Position numbers and translations under genes: made by a program
The notes under the pieces: model-generated
Database searches by the model: none
What the model was told of the DNA's origin: nothing
What the model saw: the letters and a program-made list of their open reading frames with translations, nothing else
In this document: positions 36,432 through 46,509 of the stretch, piece by piece
Position numbering within the stretch: the first letter of the stretch is position 1
Layout of the letters: every line of letters starts with the position of its first letter
NCBI GenBank assembly: GCA_017462545.1
Contig: JAFTQX010000019.1
Span: 1-58,498, forward strand
Length of the DNA stretch: 58,498 nucleotides
Source of the DNA: Clostridia bacterium
GTDB taxonomy: Bacteria; Bacillota; Clostridia; Oscillospirales; CAG-272
Direction of reading: 5' to 3'

Positions 36432-36446
36432 CGTTCTCGTCCTCCT

Positions 36447-39400
36447 TTATGCCTTGTATGCAGCAGCTGCATCATACAGGGCAAGAATGGCGTTTGCTAC
36501 GGGAGCAACAGCGGCATTATCCTGCATGTTGTTACAGTAAGCAGCAACGCTATAGGCAATGGTGTTGGAAATGACAACGCCGTCTGCATCCACAACGCGG
36601 AAGTAGATCAGGCTGTTGTAGTTGGCAGCACCGATGCCTTCGGTAATTGCCTTATAGTAGCCACCTTCCTTGGTAGCGGTGTAAGCAACCTCGGTTGCGC
36701 CGGTGAAGTCAGCATTGTCAGCCATCTGAACCTTAGCACCCTCAACGTCGGTATCAAAGACCAGCTTGAGTGCGATCTTCTCCTCCAGCAGGAGGGAGAT
36801 GCCGATCAGCTTGGCGGTTGCGTTCTCTACCTCTGCAACACGATCAGCAGCGGTGTACTCACCGGCGGTGGTGACCGTCTTCTGCGTCTCAGAGAGACCT
36901 GCATTTGCCAGGTCGGCAGCAGCGATCTCAGTGTTGAAGTACTTCTGTGCAGCAGCAGCGTAGTTCAGAGAGGCAATGGCAACATTGCTTGCCTTGTCGG
37001 CAGTATCGGTGGTAACATAAGCCATCAGCGCGTCCTTCATGGTGGTAACACCGGTAGCCAGGGTTACGGTCTTGCCGTCGATCTCACCGGTTACGGTGTA
37101 GGCAAACTTGTTGCAAACATCCTTGGCAGCGGTGGTGATCACGTCAGCCTTGATGTTCTGTGCAATGCCTGCGGTAGCATTTGCCTCGAAGGTGAAGGAA
37201 TCACCAACCGAAACAGCACCGGTAGCGAATACGGGATACTGCTCCTTGTAGGTAACAGCAGCCTGGAACTCCGTACCGCGGGATGCCCAAGCATCCAGGT
37301 TGTTCGGGTTGCCTACCAGGAAGTCGATGGTGGAGCCGTCACCAACGATCACGTCGGTCAGGGCAGCATCGATGGAGGCAGCAACGTCAGCAGCGTAATC
37401 AACGCCCTGCTCAACCAGTACGTACCAAGCGTCACCTGCCGGCCATACCTTCTGGCAGTCAATGAAGATGGCAACCGTGATGGCGCCGTTCTTCTGCGGA
37501 ACCTCAACGGCATCCTCACCCTCGCCTACGGTCACCTTGGCATTGGTAGCCATGGTCCAGAGCTTGGTAACGTCGATATCGATCTTACCAGCGGAGGGAG
37601 CGGTGTAGCGGTAGCCGCCGATTGCCCAGTTGTTACAAGAGAGCGAGCCGGTAGGACCCCAGTCAGCATTGCCGATCATACGGAAGACGGTGTTCTCGCC
37701 CCAGTACATTGCTCTGTTCGCACCGTCGTTGTAGCCCCAGAAGCCGTCGCTCCAACTGGTGGCAGCTTCGCTGCGGTTGATTGCAAAGTAATCGGTGACA
37801 GCGTTTTCCTTGGTGATCTGCTCCTTCGGGAAGTTGACGAAGGACCTTGCAGGATCGCCGAATACGGGAGCGTAAACAAAGTTCTCGGTCTGGTCTGCAG
37901 CGGGAGCGGAAGGCAGGTTCTCATCCAGACGAGTGGTGAACATGGGATCTACGATAGCGGAATCCAGATCGCACTCGGTGTAAGCCACGGTAGCGGTAGC
38001 CATAAAGCCGCACCTGTTACTGATCCAGAAGCCGGTAGCGCTCTCGTCGTTACGAACGAGGATCTCGATCTCGTCGCCTGCCTGAACGGCAATGCCGGTC
38101 AGCGAGCCGGTCTTTGCGGAGCCGTCCTTCACTGCGAGAGCAGCGATGGCAGCAGCATCCAGCTTGGTGTTGTAGGTGCCGATCGCAGCCCACTTATCGG
38201 AGCTGCCGTAGTAGTTCTCACCCTCGCCCTCAGCCATAGGCCAGATCATTTCGCCGTTATGGAAGACGGCTACGTAACCAAAGGTGCCTGCATTGTGCTT
38301 GGAGAACAGCGAGTTGAGAGAAAGATTCAGCGTGCCGTCAAACTCGGCGGTGTAACGCCAGCCGCCGGTAGTATCCAGCGCCGGGATCACGCCGTAGCCA
38401 TTCGGCCAGCCGTCATGATCCACACCCTTATAAGCGAAGGTCACGCCAGCAGGCTTCTTCCAGATGTCGCCAACGTAGCCGTTGGAGAGCCAGCCGTCAT
38501 TGCCGGTGATGTTCGAAATAACGGTATTGATCTGCGCGCCTGCGGTGTACTCGGTCAGGCCTGCGTGGCTGACCAGATCCCAGCCGCCCGTGAAGGTAGC
38601 CTTATCGCCGGCGGTGGTGCCGTGCTGGGGCTTGTTCATGCCGTTGAGCGGATCAAAGGTAGAGCCGGGCAGATACTCGGTGTAAGTAACCTTCAGGTTG
38701 AAGGCGTTTGCAAAGTCGCCGTTCGACCAGCCGGTCACGTTGACAATATTGCTATCACGCCATACGAATACGAGCTGGTCGCCAACAGCAACCTCAACGC
38801 CGGTAACGGCCTCGTTCTTGGTGCCGGTAGCGTTGTACTTGACACCGGCACCCTCGGTAGCGGCGTCAGCAATGTTGGCACCGGTAGCACCGGCAGCCGG
38901 GTAAACCAGGGTCATGCCGTCTGCATTGCTCTTGTAGATCGAGAAGTAAACGGTTCTCGAAGCAGAGGCAATGGGCGTACCGAAGATGGCATCGATATTC
39001 ACGGTGCCGGCATAGGGAACGGCATAAGCAAAGCCTGCGCCGTAATCCTGGAAGCTCGGTGCCTTGCCCTCGATGTTACAACGGGAAATACCGCAGTCAT
39101 CCAGCCACAGGATACCTACCGGCCAGTTACCGTAGGACATGTAGGTACCAGGGAATCCTTGCTTGCTGACAACGCCGGCATCATAACCGATGAAGGACCA
39201 GCCGTCGGTAAAGTCGGAGAGCAGCGGATAGTAGGTGGTCTTCTCGCCGATAACAGGCCAGTTGGTGCCGTTAGCCACCAGCTCAGAGCCGACGAAGTCG
39301 TATGCGTAAACGGTGTCCTGCGCGATGGGGGCGCTGGTCACCTTGCTATAGGTAACGGTCGGGAACGCGGTGATGTGCGGGTTGTTAACGCGGTTGAAGA

Positions 39401-40556
39401 CGATGTCCACGCGGTCGCCGGCCTTAACAGCCAGGTCGTGCGGGTAGCCGTTCTCTGCGCAGTATGCCTCATATGCGGAGAGCAAGCTGCCGGTCTTGGC
39501 AACCTCGGTTACCGGGCGGCAAAGCGCTCTTACCTGGAGATACTTTTCAAGCTCTTCCTCAGCAGCAGCAACAGCAGCCTCGGCGGTTGCAATAGCAGCC
39601 TCGTCGCCGGTTACCTCTGCCTCTTCAAGAGCGGTCTTGGCAGCTGCCAGCTTGTTATCCCAATTGGTTTTCAAGCCCATGTAGTTCTTGTAATCAAAGC
39701 CCAGTGCCTCTACGGTCATGTCAGAGAGGTCAGTGTAGTTCTCCGGAACCTCCTGGCCGAGCAGGGCGAAGTATGCCCAGTCGGTCTCGATATCACCCAC
39801 GAAGGTGGTCTCGGTGTTCTGGTTCTGGTTGTTGTACAGGAAGGTGTAGTTGGTACCGGTGACAGGGTTGTTCTTTACCTTCTGGCCGGCAGCCGATGCG
39901 GGCCATACGATGACGCCGTTGATGGCGATGGCCATAGACGTATCCGAGAATACGCAGCCGTCGGTGTTACGGTCAATGCGCAGAGCCTCAAAGTCTACGT
40001 CGATGACACCGTTGGCAGGTACGTTGTAGGAGAGGGTAAGCATACCCCTCTTCTGGGTAACCATGCGGCGCTCGCCCAGGTAGATACCGCCGTAGGTCCA
40101 GAGGCCCTTGTTCTCAAGGATGTCGTACGTGTTAACGGTTTCGAACAGGTCGTACGCATTGTCGATGTACGAGCCTGCGGTCCAGCCGCCACGGTAGCCG
40201 TCTAGGCTGGTCTTGCTGGTGTAAAGCGGCCAGTTGGTCGTAGGGCTGAAGGTGGACTTCTTCTCCAAGAGATAGAAGGTCACATCGGCAGCGGCCTCAC
40301 CAATCATGGTAGATGCCTCATAAATGGCACCTGCGGGGGTAATGACGTACCAACCGAACGCGTCGGAGGGTACCTCGGGAACGGTAAACTCCAGCGTTGC
40401 GCCGGTTACCGTCTGCGTCGATACTGTGGTGCCGTTGCCGTCGATAAACGTAACGGTAGCGGTCGTCTCCTCGGCGAATACCGGCAGAGCCATTGCCGGA
40501 ACCAGCGTGAGAAGCATGCACAGCACGAGCACAAGGGAAAGTACACGTTTTTGCAT
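36447..40556 (-). CDS. Giant secreted repeat protein A (~1369 aa)
   Basis: Signal peptide MQKRVLSLVLVLCMLL..VFA; four beta-rich repeats (NG..WP / GD.I.F); C-terminal NY.AAAQ.YF..YSVA.Y module. Confidence 0.85.
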   Translation of the reverse strand: MQKRVLSLVLVLCMLLTLVPAMALPVFAEETTATVTFIDGNGTTVSTQTVTGATLEFTVPEVPSDAFGWYVITPAGAIYEASTMIGEAAADVTFYLLEKKSTFSPTTNWPLYTSKTSLDGYRGGWTAGSYIDNAYDLFETVNTYDILENKGLWTYGGIYLGERRMVTQKRGMLTLSYNVPANGVIDVDFEALRIDRNTDGCVFSDTSMAIAINGVIVWPASAAGQKVKNNPVTGTNYTFLYNNQNQNTETTFVGDIETDWAYFALLGQEVPENYTDLSDMTVEALGFDYKNYMGLKTNWDNKLAAAKTALEEAEVTGDEAAIATAEAAVAAAEEELEKYLQVRALCRPVTEVAKTGSLLSAYEAYCAENGYPHDLAVKAGDRVDIVFNRVNNPHITAFPTVTYSKVTSAPIAQDTVYAYDFVGSELVANGTNWPVIGEKTTYYPLLSDFTDGWSFIGYDAGVVSKQGFPGTYMSYGNWPVGILWLDDCGISRCNIEGKAPSFQDYGAGFAYAVPYAGTVNIDAIFGTPIASASRTVYFSIYKSNADGMTLVYPAAGATGANIADAATEGAGVKYNATGTKNEAVTGVEVAVGDQLVFVWRDSNIVNVTGWSNGDFANAFNLKVTYTEYLPGSTFDPLNGMNKPQHGTTAGDKATFTGGWDLVSHAGLTEYTAGAQINTVISNITGNDGWLSNGYVGDIWKKPAGVTFAYKGVDHDGWPNGYGVIPALDTTGGWRYTAEFDGTLNLSLNSLFSKHNAGTFGYVAVFHNGEMIWPMAEGEGENYYGSSDKWAAIGTYNTKLDAAAIAALAVKDGSAKTGSLTGIAVQAGDEIEILVRNDESATGFWISNRCGFMATATVAYTECDLDSAIVDPMFTTRLDENLPSAPAADQTENFVYAPVFGDPARSFVNFPKEQITKENAVTDYFAINRSEAATSWSDGFWGYNDGANRAMYWGENTVFRMIGNADWGPTGSLSCNNWAIGGYRYTAPSAGKIDIDVTKLWTMATNAKVTVGEGEDAVEVPQKNGAITVAIFIDCQKVWPAGDAWYVLVEQGVDYAADVAASIDAALTDVIVGDGSTIDFLVGNPNNLDAWASRGTEFQAAVTYKEQYPVFATGAVSVGDSFTFEANATAGIAQNIKADVITTAAKDVCNKFAYTVTGEIDGKTVTLATGVTTMKDALMAYVTTDTADKASNVAIASLNYAAAAQKYFNTEIAAADLANAGLSETQKTVTTAGEYTAADRVAEVENATAKLIGISLLLEEKIALKLVFDTDVEGAKVQMADNADFTGATEVAYTATKEGGYYKAITEGIGAANYNSLIYFRVVDADGVVISNTIAYSVAAYCNNMQDNAAVAPVANAILALYDAAAAYKA

Positions 40557-40607
40557 GATGAAAGATTCCTTTCTTGTAATTTTTGGGGAAGATACCTCTT
40601 CGAGCAT

Positions 40608-40636
40608 ATGATACCATATCTTTTTTGAAAAGTCAA
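40608..40636 (-). promoter_or_regulatory. Sigma-A promoter for giant protein A
   Basis: TTGACT-17 bp-TATCAT with extended TG. Confidence 0.6.
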
Positions 40637-40677
40637 GTCCCTATTGAAATTTTATGAAAGCACCTGTACGGCAAAGT

Positions 40678-40707
40678 AAAACGCCCTTCCAAGCGGAAGG
40701 GCGTTTT
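40678..40707 (-). terminator. Intrinsic terminator
   Basis: AAAACGCCCTTCC-aagc-GGAAGGGCGTTTT. Confidence 0.75.
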
Positions 40708-40710
40708 GCT

Positions 40711-42738
40711 TTATTCTACAAACAAAATGCGATAGCCGTAGGCACCGAGCGAGAAGGTGAAGCCGAGGTCGGCCTCCTTCTCCATATCACGCACGCGCGT
40801 CACATCCTCCGCAAAGGAGATCGTCACGCTTTCTACCGGCGTGGCGGAAATGTTGACAGCAAAGGCGAGCAGCTGCTGCTTGCCTGACAGGGTGGTATAG
40901 CGGTAGTAGCTGACCTTGACCTTTTCGTGCGAGCTTTCTGTCTTGTTTTCCCAGTAGGGCATCCATTCCGATTGCGCGATCGGGAAGGCATCAAAGATGC
41001 GCCACACGCAGCTCATCAGATCAAGCGGGTGACCGATATCGTTCGGGCGCGGGAGAATGCCGTGCAGGATGGAGCAGGAGAGCGCCTGCTCAAAGGTCCA
41101 GAGCGGACGGTTCTCATAGGCGATGAACTCAACCGGAGCACCGATGTTGCGGCCGATGTACTCGGCGCGGAAGTAGTCGAGGTTCAGGTCGGCCTTTTGC
41201 CCCTTCATCAAGGCAAACTGCAGCGTCTCGCCGTACCAGTTCTGATGAATGTAGGGGATGGCGGTGAAGTTGATAAAGCCGTAGCCGTGCACGTTGATCA
41301 TGCCGCCGCGGGATTCTACCACATCATAGAGCCGCTTGAAGAGCGAGCGCACCGCGCGGATCGCGTAGCGGCCATGCACATTGCCCGCGCGGTCTACGCG
41401 ACCGCAGCCATGGGCTTGGTTTGTACAGCAGCGCAAATGATGCGTGCCATCGAGATACACACCGTCGGTGTGGCACTCGTCCATGATCTTTTCTACACCG
41501 TGGATGAAGATATCCTCATATTCCGAGCCGTAGCAAACCACATAATCACGCTGGAAGGGGACGCGCCACCAGCCGCCCTCGCTCTTGCCATTGGTGTTTT
41601 TGAGAAGGACGCGATCCTTTAAGCGGCTCCACTCCGGCGACATGCTGGAAAACTCGTATCCGAAATAGGTCAGCAGCTTGATGCCGCGCTTATGGCACTC
41701 GTCTGCGATATAGCAGACCTGCTTTTTCGTAAACTCGGAGAGGTCAAACCAGTTCTGCGATTTGTTCCACTTCTCATGCAGGATCAGCGTGGTCACGCCC
41801 ATCTCCTTGAGCTTATCAAAGCGATTTTCGGCAGAAAGGAAATCAATATAGTTACCCTTGATCTTGATGCCGCAATCGAGGTGGAAGGTGTTGCTGATAT
41901 AGGGGTTTTTGGGAAAAGGCTTGACGGGGGTTGCGTGGAAGCCGAAGTGGAAATCGATGGGGCGGTAGGTCAGCATGCCGCGTGCCGGATCGCCATCCCA
42001 TTCGGCGGGGTGCGAATCAAGCAGGCGCAAACGCAGGATCAGCTGCTCTCCCTCTCGTACCAGCTCGATGGCGCGGCTTGCCTTCTCCGGCTGCCAGTAG
42101 AAATCCTCCTCCGAGAAGAAGCCAAGGCCCCGCTGCTCGTTGCCAAGCCAAAAAAGTGCCTTGTGGGGGAGCGAAAAATCCTGCTCCGGCAGACGGCCGC
42201 TGGTGGTCATATCGTGCATGGGCAGCGTGCTGCCATCGGCAAGATAGATCGCGCTGTTGGGGTACATATGGTAATAGGGCATGGCCTCGGCGCGCAGGGG
42301 CAGCTCGATCCACAGCTGATCTAATTTAAATAAGGTAGGCTTTGTTTCGGCAATGCCGAAGACCTGTGCCACCGTCTGCCCGCGCGGCATGACCTTGCAA
42401 TCAATCTCCATGCAGCCATCATAATCAATGGTATAGCAGGTATCCACGATAAAGCGATCGGATTGCTTGGCACCGCAAATGATGATCTGCTCATCCGAGC
42501 GCGTCTGCACAAAGCTCTCGCTTTCGTTTGTCGCATAGTCGGTATCCCAATTGGACGGCTCGCCGTCCTCCACCGCCACCACGCGCATGGGCCCGGCAAG
42601 CAGCTCTACCCCCTGCGAGCGAATGGAGGTGATCATCCCATCGACGCCGATGGTATAGGTACGGTCAACGACCGCGATCGTATGTGCCCCGTTTTCGCTT
42701 GTGGCGCGCACGGGGATAAACGGATGCGGAATCTTCAT
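40711..42738 (-). CDS. Putative cytoplasmic glycoside hydrolase-like protein (DUF6067-like, TIM barrel)
   Basis: N-terminal beta-rich domain; ATPVKP, CHKRGIKLLTYF and DGVYLDG motifs; no signal peptide. Confidence 0.55.
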   Translation of the reverse strand: MKIPHPFIPVRATSENGAHTIAVVDRTYTIGVDGMITSIRSQGVELLAGPMRVVAVEDGEPSNWDTDYATNESESFVQTRSDEQIIICGAKQSDRFIVDTCYTIDYDGCMEIDCKVMPRGQTVAQVFGIAETKPTLFKLDQLWIELPLRAEAMPYYHMYPNSAIYLADGSTLPMHDMTTSGRLPEQDFSLPHKALFWLGNEQRGLGFFSEEDFYWQPEKASRAIELVREGEQLILRLRLLDSHPAEWDGDPARGMLTYRPIDFHFGFHATPVKPFPKNPYISNTFHLDCGIKIKGNYIDFLSAENRFDKLKEMGVTTLILHEKWNKSQNWFDLSEFTKKQVCYIADECHKRGIKLLTYFGYEFSSMSPEWSRLKDRVLLKNTNGKSEGGWWRVPFQRDYVVCYGSEYEDIFIHGVEKIMDECHTDGVYLDGTHHLRCCTNQAHGCGRVDRAGNVHGRYAIRAVRSLFKRLYDVVESRGGMINVHGYGFINFTAIPYIHQNWYGETLQFALMKGQKADLNLDYFRAEYIGRNIGAPVEFIAYENRPLWTFEQALSCSILHGILPRPNDIGHPLDLMSCVWRIFDAFPIAQSEWMPYWENKTESSHEKVKVSYYRYTTLSGKQQLLAFAVNISATPVESVTISFAEDVTRVRDMEKEADLGFTFSLGAYGYRILFVE

Positions 42739-42905
42739 ATCCGATCTCCTTTTGCTTTTTTTACTATGATACTGTTTTTTGCGCGAGAAGTAAATATCGT
42801 TTTTTAGGAAAAAGATATCTTTTTTTCATATTCCCTTGCCGCCTTCCAAAAAAGAATCCGGTTTGCTATCAGTCCGTCCTCTACCCGCTATCAAAAAAAT
42901 TGATG

Positions 42906-42958
42906 TTGCATTTTCTGATATAACGTGCTATAATAAGAGTGTGTTAAAATATTAACGA
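42906..42958 (+). promoter_or_regulatory. adhE promoter with putative Rex operator
   Basis: TTGCAT-17-TATAAT (42906-42934); GTGTTAA-AATA-TTAACGA (42941-42958) has 2 mismatches to the clostridial Rex box TTGTTAANNNNTTAACAA. Confidence 0.7.
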
Positions 42959-43016
42959 TCAATGCCGGAGAATCCCGCATACGTATCCTACTGCCACATG
43001 ATAGGAGATAGAGATC

Positions 43017-45659
43017 ATGGAAGAAAAAGTATACCCCCCGGTAGACGGGACGGAGAGCCTTGCCGCGGCCATTGCCGTCGCCCGCAAGGCGCAAAAGCAA
43101 TTTGCCACCTACACGCAGGAGCAGGTTGACCGCATTTTCTTGGCTGCTGCCCAAGCGGCCAACCAACAGCGCATTTCGCTTGCGAAATTGGCTGTTGAGG
43201 AGACCGGTATGGGCATTGTGGAGGATAAGGTCATCAAAAACCACTATGCCTCCGAATTTATCTACAACAAATACCGCGATACAAAGACCTGCGGTGTCAT
43301 TGAGGAGGACCGCGCGGCCGGCATTCAGAAAATCGCAGAGCCGATCGGCGTGATCGCGGCGGTCATTCCCACCACCAACCCGACCTCCACCGCCATCTTC
43401 AAAACGCTGCTGGCGTTAAAGACGCGCAACGGCATCATCATCTCACCCCACCCGCGTGCCAAGAAATCCACCATTGCCGCCGCCCGCATCGTGCTGGAGG
43501 CTGCTGTGGCGGCCGGCGCGCCGGAGGGCATCATCCGCTGGATCGATGTGCCCAGCCTGGAGATGACCAACATGGTCATGAAGGAGGCTGACATCATCCT
43601 CGCGACCGGCGGCCCCGGCATGGTAAAGGCGGCCTATTCCTCGGGCAAGCCGGCCCTGGGCGTAGGCGCGGGCAATGTGCCCGCCGTGATCGACGAGAGT
43701 GCCGACATCCTGCACGCCGTCAACTCGATCATTCATTCCAAAACCTTTGATAACGGCATGATCTGCGCCTCGGAGCAGTCGGTCATCGTGCTGGATCGCA
43801 TTTATGACAAGGTGCGCGCCGAGTTTGCCGCGCGCGGCTGCTATTTCTTAAAAGAAGACGAGCTGGAAAAGGTCAGAAGGACCATCATCATCAACGGCGC
43901 GCTCAACGCCCGCATCGTCGGGCAGCGCCCCGTGACCATTGCCGCGCTTGCCGGGGTCAGCGTGCCGGAGGGCACCAAGATCCTGATCGGCGAGGTGGAG
44001 AGCGTTGAGCTTTCTGAGGAGGTTGCGCATGAAAAGCTCTCGCCCGTGCTGGCCATGTACCGCGCGCGCGACCTGGAGGATGCCTTCTCCAAGGCCGAGC
44101 GGCTGATCGAGGACGGCGGCTACGGCCATACCGCCTCCATCCACCTCAACGAGGTCACGGCACGAGACGTGCTTGCCGCCTATGCCGCCAAGATGAAGAC
44201 CTGCCGCATTGTGGTCAATATGCCCTCGGCACAGGGTGGCATCGGCGATATCTACAACTTTGCGCTTGCCCCATCGCTGACCCTCGGCTGCGGCTCTTGG
44301 GGCGGCAACAGCGTTTCCGAAAACGTGGGGGTCAAGCACCTCTTAAATATCAAAACCGTGGCTGAAAGGAGAGAGAATATGCTTTGGTTCCGTGCGCCGG
44401 AAAAGATCTATATCAAGAAGGGCTGCCTGAATGTCGCGCTTGACGAGCTTGGCAAGCAGATGGGCAAAAAGAAGGCCTTTATCGTGACCGACAGCTTTCT
44501 CTTCCAAAACGGCCACACCAAGCCGATCAGCGACAAGCTGAACGAAATGGGAATTTCCCACACCACCTTCTTTGAGGTCGAGCCTGACCCCACCCTTGCC
44601 TGCGCCAAGGCAGGTGCCGAGGCCATGCGCGCCTTCGCCCCGGATGTCATCATCGCGCTGGGCGGCGGCTCGGCGATGGACGCAGCCAAGATCATGTGGG
44701 TGCTGTACGAGCATCCGACCGTCGACTTTATGGACATGGCCATGCGCTTTATGGACATCCGCAAGCGCGTGTACACCTTCCCCAAGATGGGTGAAAAGGC
44801 CTACTTTGTGGCCATTCCCACCTCGGCGGGCACCGGCTCGGAGGTCACGCCCTTTGCCGTCATCACCGATGAAACGAGCGGCGTGAAATACCCCCTCGCC
44901 GACTATGAGCTGCTGCCGAACATGGCCATCATTGATACCGATTTCCACATGACCGCGCCCCGCGGGCTGACAGCCGCCTCCGGCATTGACGCGGCGACCC
45001 ACGCGCTGGAGGCATACGCCTCGATGCTGGCCACCGACTATACCGACGGCCTTGCCATCCGCTCGCTGCAAACCGTCTTCAAGTACCTGCCCCGCGCCTA
45101 CGAAAACGGGGGGAGCGACGTGGAGGCACGCGAAAAGATGGCCAACGCCGCCACCATGGCGGGCATGGCCTTTGCCAACGCCTTCCTCGGGGTCTGCCAC
45201 TCGATGGCGCACAAGCTGGGGGCCTTCCATCATCTGCCGCACGGCGTGGCCAACGCGCTGATGATCGACGAGGTGCTGCGCTTTAACGCAGCCGAGGCGC
45301 CTGCCAAGATGGGCACCTTCTCGCAGTACGGTCACCCGCACACGCTTGCCCGCTATGCCGAGGTGGCTGACGCGCTTTGCTTAGGCGGTCGGACGGACGA
45401 GGAAAAGCTGGAAAACCTCATCCGCGCGCTGGATGCATTGAAGAAAACGGTCGGCATCAAGCCCACCATCCGCGACTACGTGCCGGACGAGGAGACCTTC
45501 CTCGCCACGCTTGATGAGATGGTAGAGCAGGCCTTTGACGATCAGTGCACGGGCGCGAACCCGCGCTACCCGCTGATGAGCGAGATCAAGCAAATGTATC
45601 TGAACGCCTACTACGGCAAGACCTTCGAGGAGAAGGCAATGCCGGGAGCGGCAGAATAA
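43017..45659 (+). CDS. adhE: Bifunctional acetaldehyde-CoA/alcohol dehydrogenase
   Basis: PTTNPTST, GMICASEQ, GCGSWGGN linker, GGGSAMD and HSMAHKLG motifs. Confidence 0.98.
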   Translation: MEEKVYPPVDGTESLAAAIAVARKAQKQFATYTQEQVDRIFLAAAQAANQQRISLAKLAVEETGMGIVEDKVIKNHYASEFIYNKYRDTKTCGVIEEDRAAGIQKIAEPIGVIAAVIPTTNPTSTAIFKTLLALKTRNGIIISPHPRAKKSTIAAARIVLEAAVAAGAPEGIIRWIDVPSLEMTNMVMKEADIILATGGPGMVKAAYSSGKPALGVGAGNVPAVIDESADILHAVNSIIHSKTFDNGMICASEQSVIVLDRIYDKVRAEFAARGCYFLKEDELEKVRRTIIINGALNARIVGQRPVTIAALAGVSVPEGTKILIGEVESVELSEEVAHEKLSPVLAMYRARDLEDAFSKAERLIEDGGYGHTASIHLNEVTARDVLAAYAAKMKTCRIVVNMPSAQGGIGDIYNFALAPSLTLGCGSWGGNSVSENVGVKHLLNIKTVAERRENMLWFRAPEKIYIKKGCLNVALDELGKQMGKKKAFIVTDSFLFQNGHTKPISDKLNEMGISHTTFFEVEPDPTLACAKAGAEAMRAFAPDVIIALGGGSAMDAAKIMWVLYEHPTVDFMDMAMRFMDIRKRVYTFPKMGEKAYFVAIPTSAGTGSEVTPFAVITDETSGVKYPLADYELLPNMAIIDTDFHMTAPRGLTAASGIDAATHALEAYASMLATDYTDGLAIRSLQTVFKYLPRAYENGGSDVEAREKMANAATMAGMAFANAFLGVCHSMAHKLGAFHHLPHGVANALMIDEVLRFNAAEAPAKMGTFSQYGHPHTLARYAEVADALCLGGRTDEEKLENLIRALDALKKTVGIKPTIRDYVPDEETFLATLDEMVEQAFDDQCTGANPRYPLMSEIKQMYLNAYYGKTFEEKAMPGAAE

Positions 45660-45673
45660 AGGAGGGTGCCATT

Positions 45674-46423
45674 ATGAAGCTGGAAACCGTCATCGCCCGC
45701 AGCCGCGGCAAGACCGTCTACCGTGACGGCGATAACTGCATCAAGGTATTTGACGAGGGCTATTCCAAGGCCGACATTCTCAACGAGGCAACCAACCAGG
45801 CACGCATTGAGGAAACGGGGCTGAACATTCCCCGCATCCGCGAGGTCATGATGATCGAGGGCAAGTGGGCGATCGTATCCGATTATATTCCCGGCAAGAC
45901 GCTTGCCGCCCTGATGGAGGAGCACCCGGAGCGACGGGAGGAATACCTTTCCCTGTTTGTTGACCTGCAGCTCTCCGTGCTGAAAAAGACCAGCCCGCGC
46001 CTCTCCAAGCTGCGCGACAAGATGCGGGATAAGATCTCGCAGACATCGCTTGACGCCACCACCCGCTACGAGCTGCACGCGCGGCTGGAGGGGATGAAGC
46101 GGCACAGCAAGCTCTGCCATGGTGATTTCAACCCCACCAACATCATCATCCGCGAGGACGGCACGCCCTTTATCGTAGACTGGGCGCACGCCACGCAGGG
46201 CAACGGCGCAGCTGATGCCGCACGCACCTATCTGCTCTTCTGCCTTGGGGGGCAAGAGGAGATCGGCAAGCAGTATCTGGACATTTACTGCAAAAAGAGC
46301 GACACCGCCCGCCAGTATGTGCAAAAGTGGATGCCCATTGTCGCGGCCTCACAGTCGGTCAAGGGCAACGAGCACGAGCGAGAATTTTTGCTCTCCTGGT
46401 GCAACGTGGTGGATTACGAATAA
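45674..46423 (+). CDS. APH/choline-kinase-like phosphotransferase
   Basis: SD GGAGG; CIKVF, LCHGDFNPTN and IVDW motifs. Confidence 0.85.
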   Translation: MKLETVIARSRGKTVYRDGDNCIKVFDEGYSKADILNEATNQARIEETGLNIPRIREVMMIEGKWAIVSDYIPGKTLAALMEEHPERREEYLSLFVDLQLSVLKKTSPRLSKLRDKMRDKISQTSLDATTRYELHARLEGMKRHSKLCHGDFNPTNIIIREDGTPFIVDWAHATQGNGAADAARTYLLFCLGGQEEIGKQYLDIYCKKSDTARQYVQKWMPIVAASQSVKGNEHEREFLLSWCNVVDYE

Positions 46424-46509
46424 ACCGAACGCCCGTGGCAATGCCACGGGCGTTCGTTGCCTGCTCCCCTTCCCTCTGCGGACCGTCAAAGACGCCGATC
46501 CCTACAACG

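Noticed and set aside
45674-46423. Aminoglycoside resistance gene
   Set aside because: Only the generic APH/choline kinase motifs are present, and the context is the adhE operon with no mobile element.
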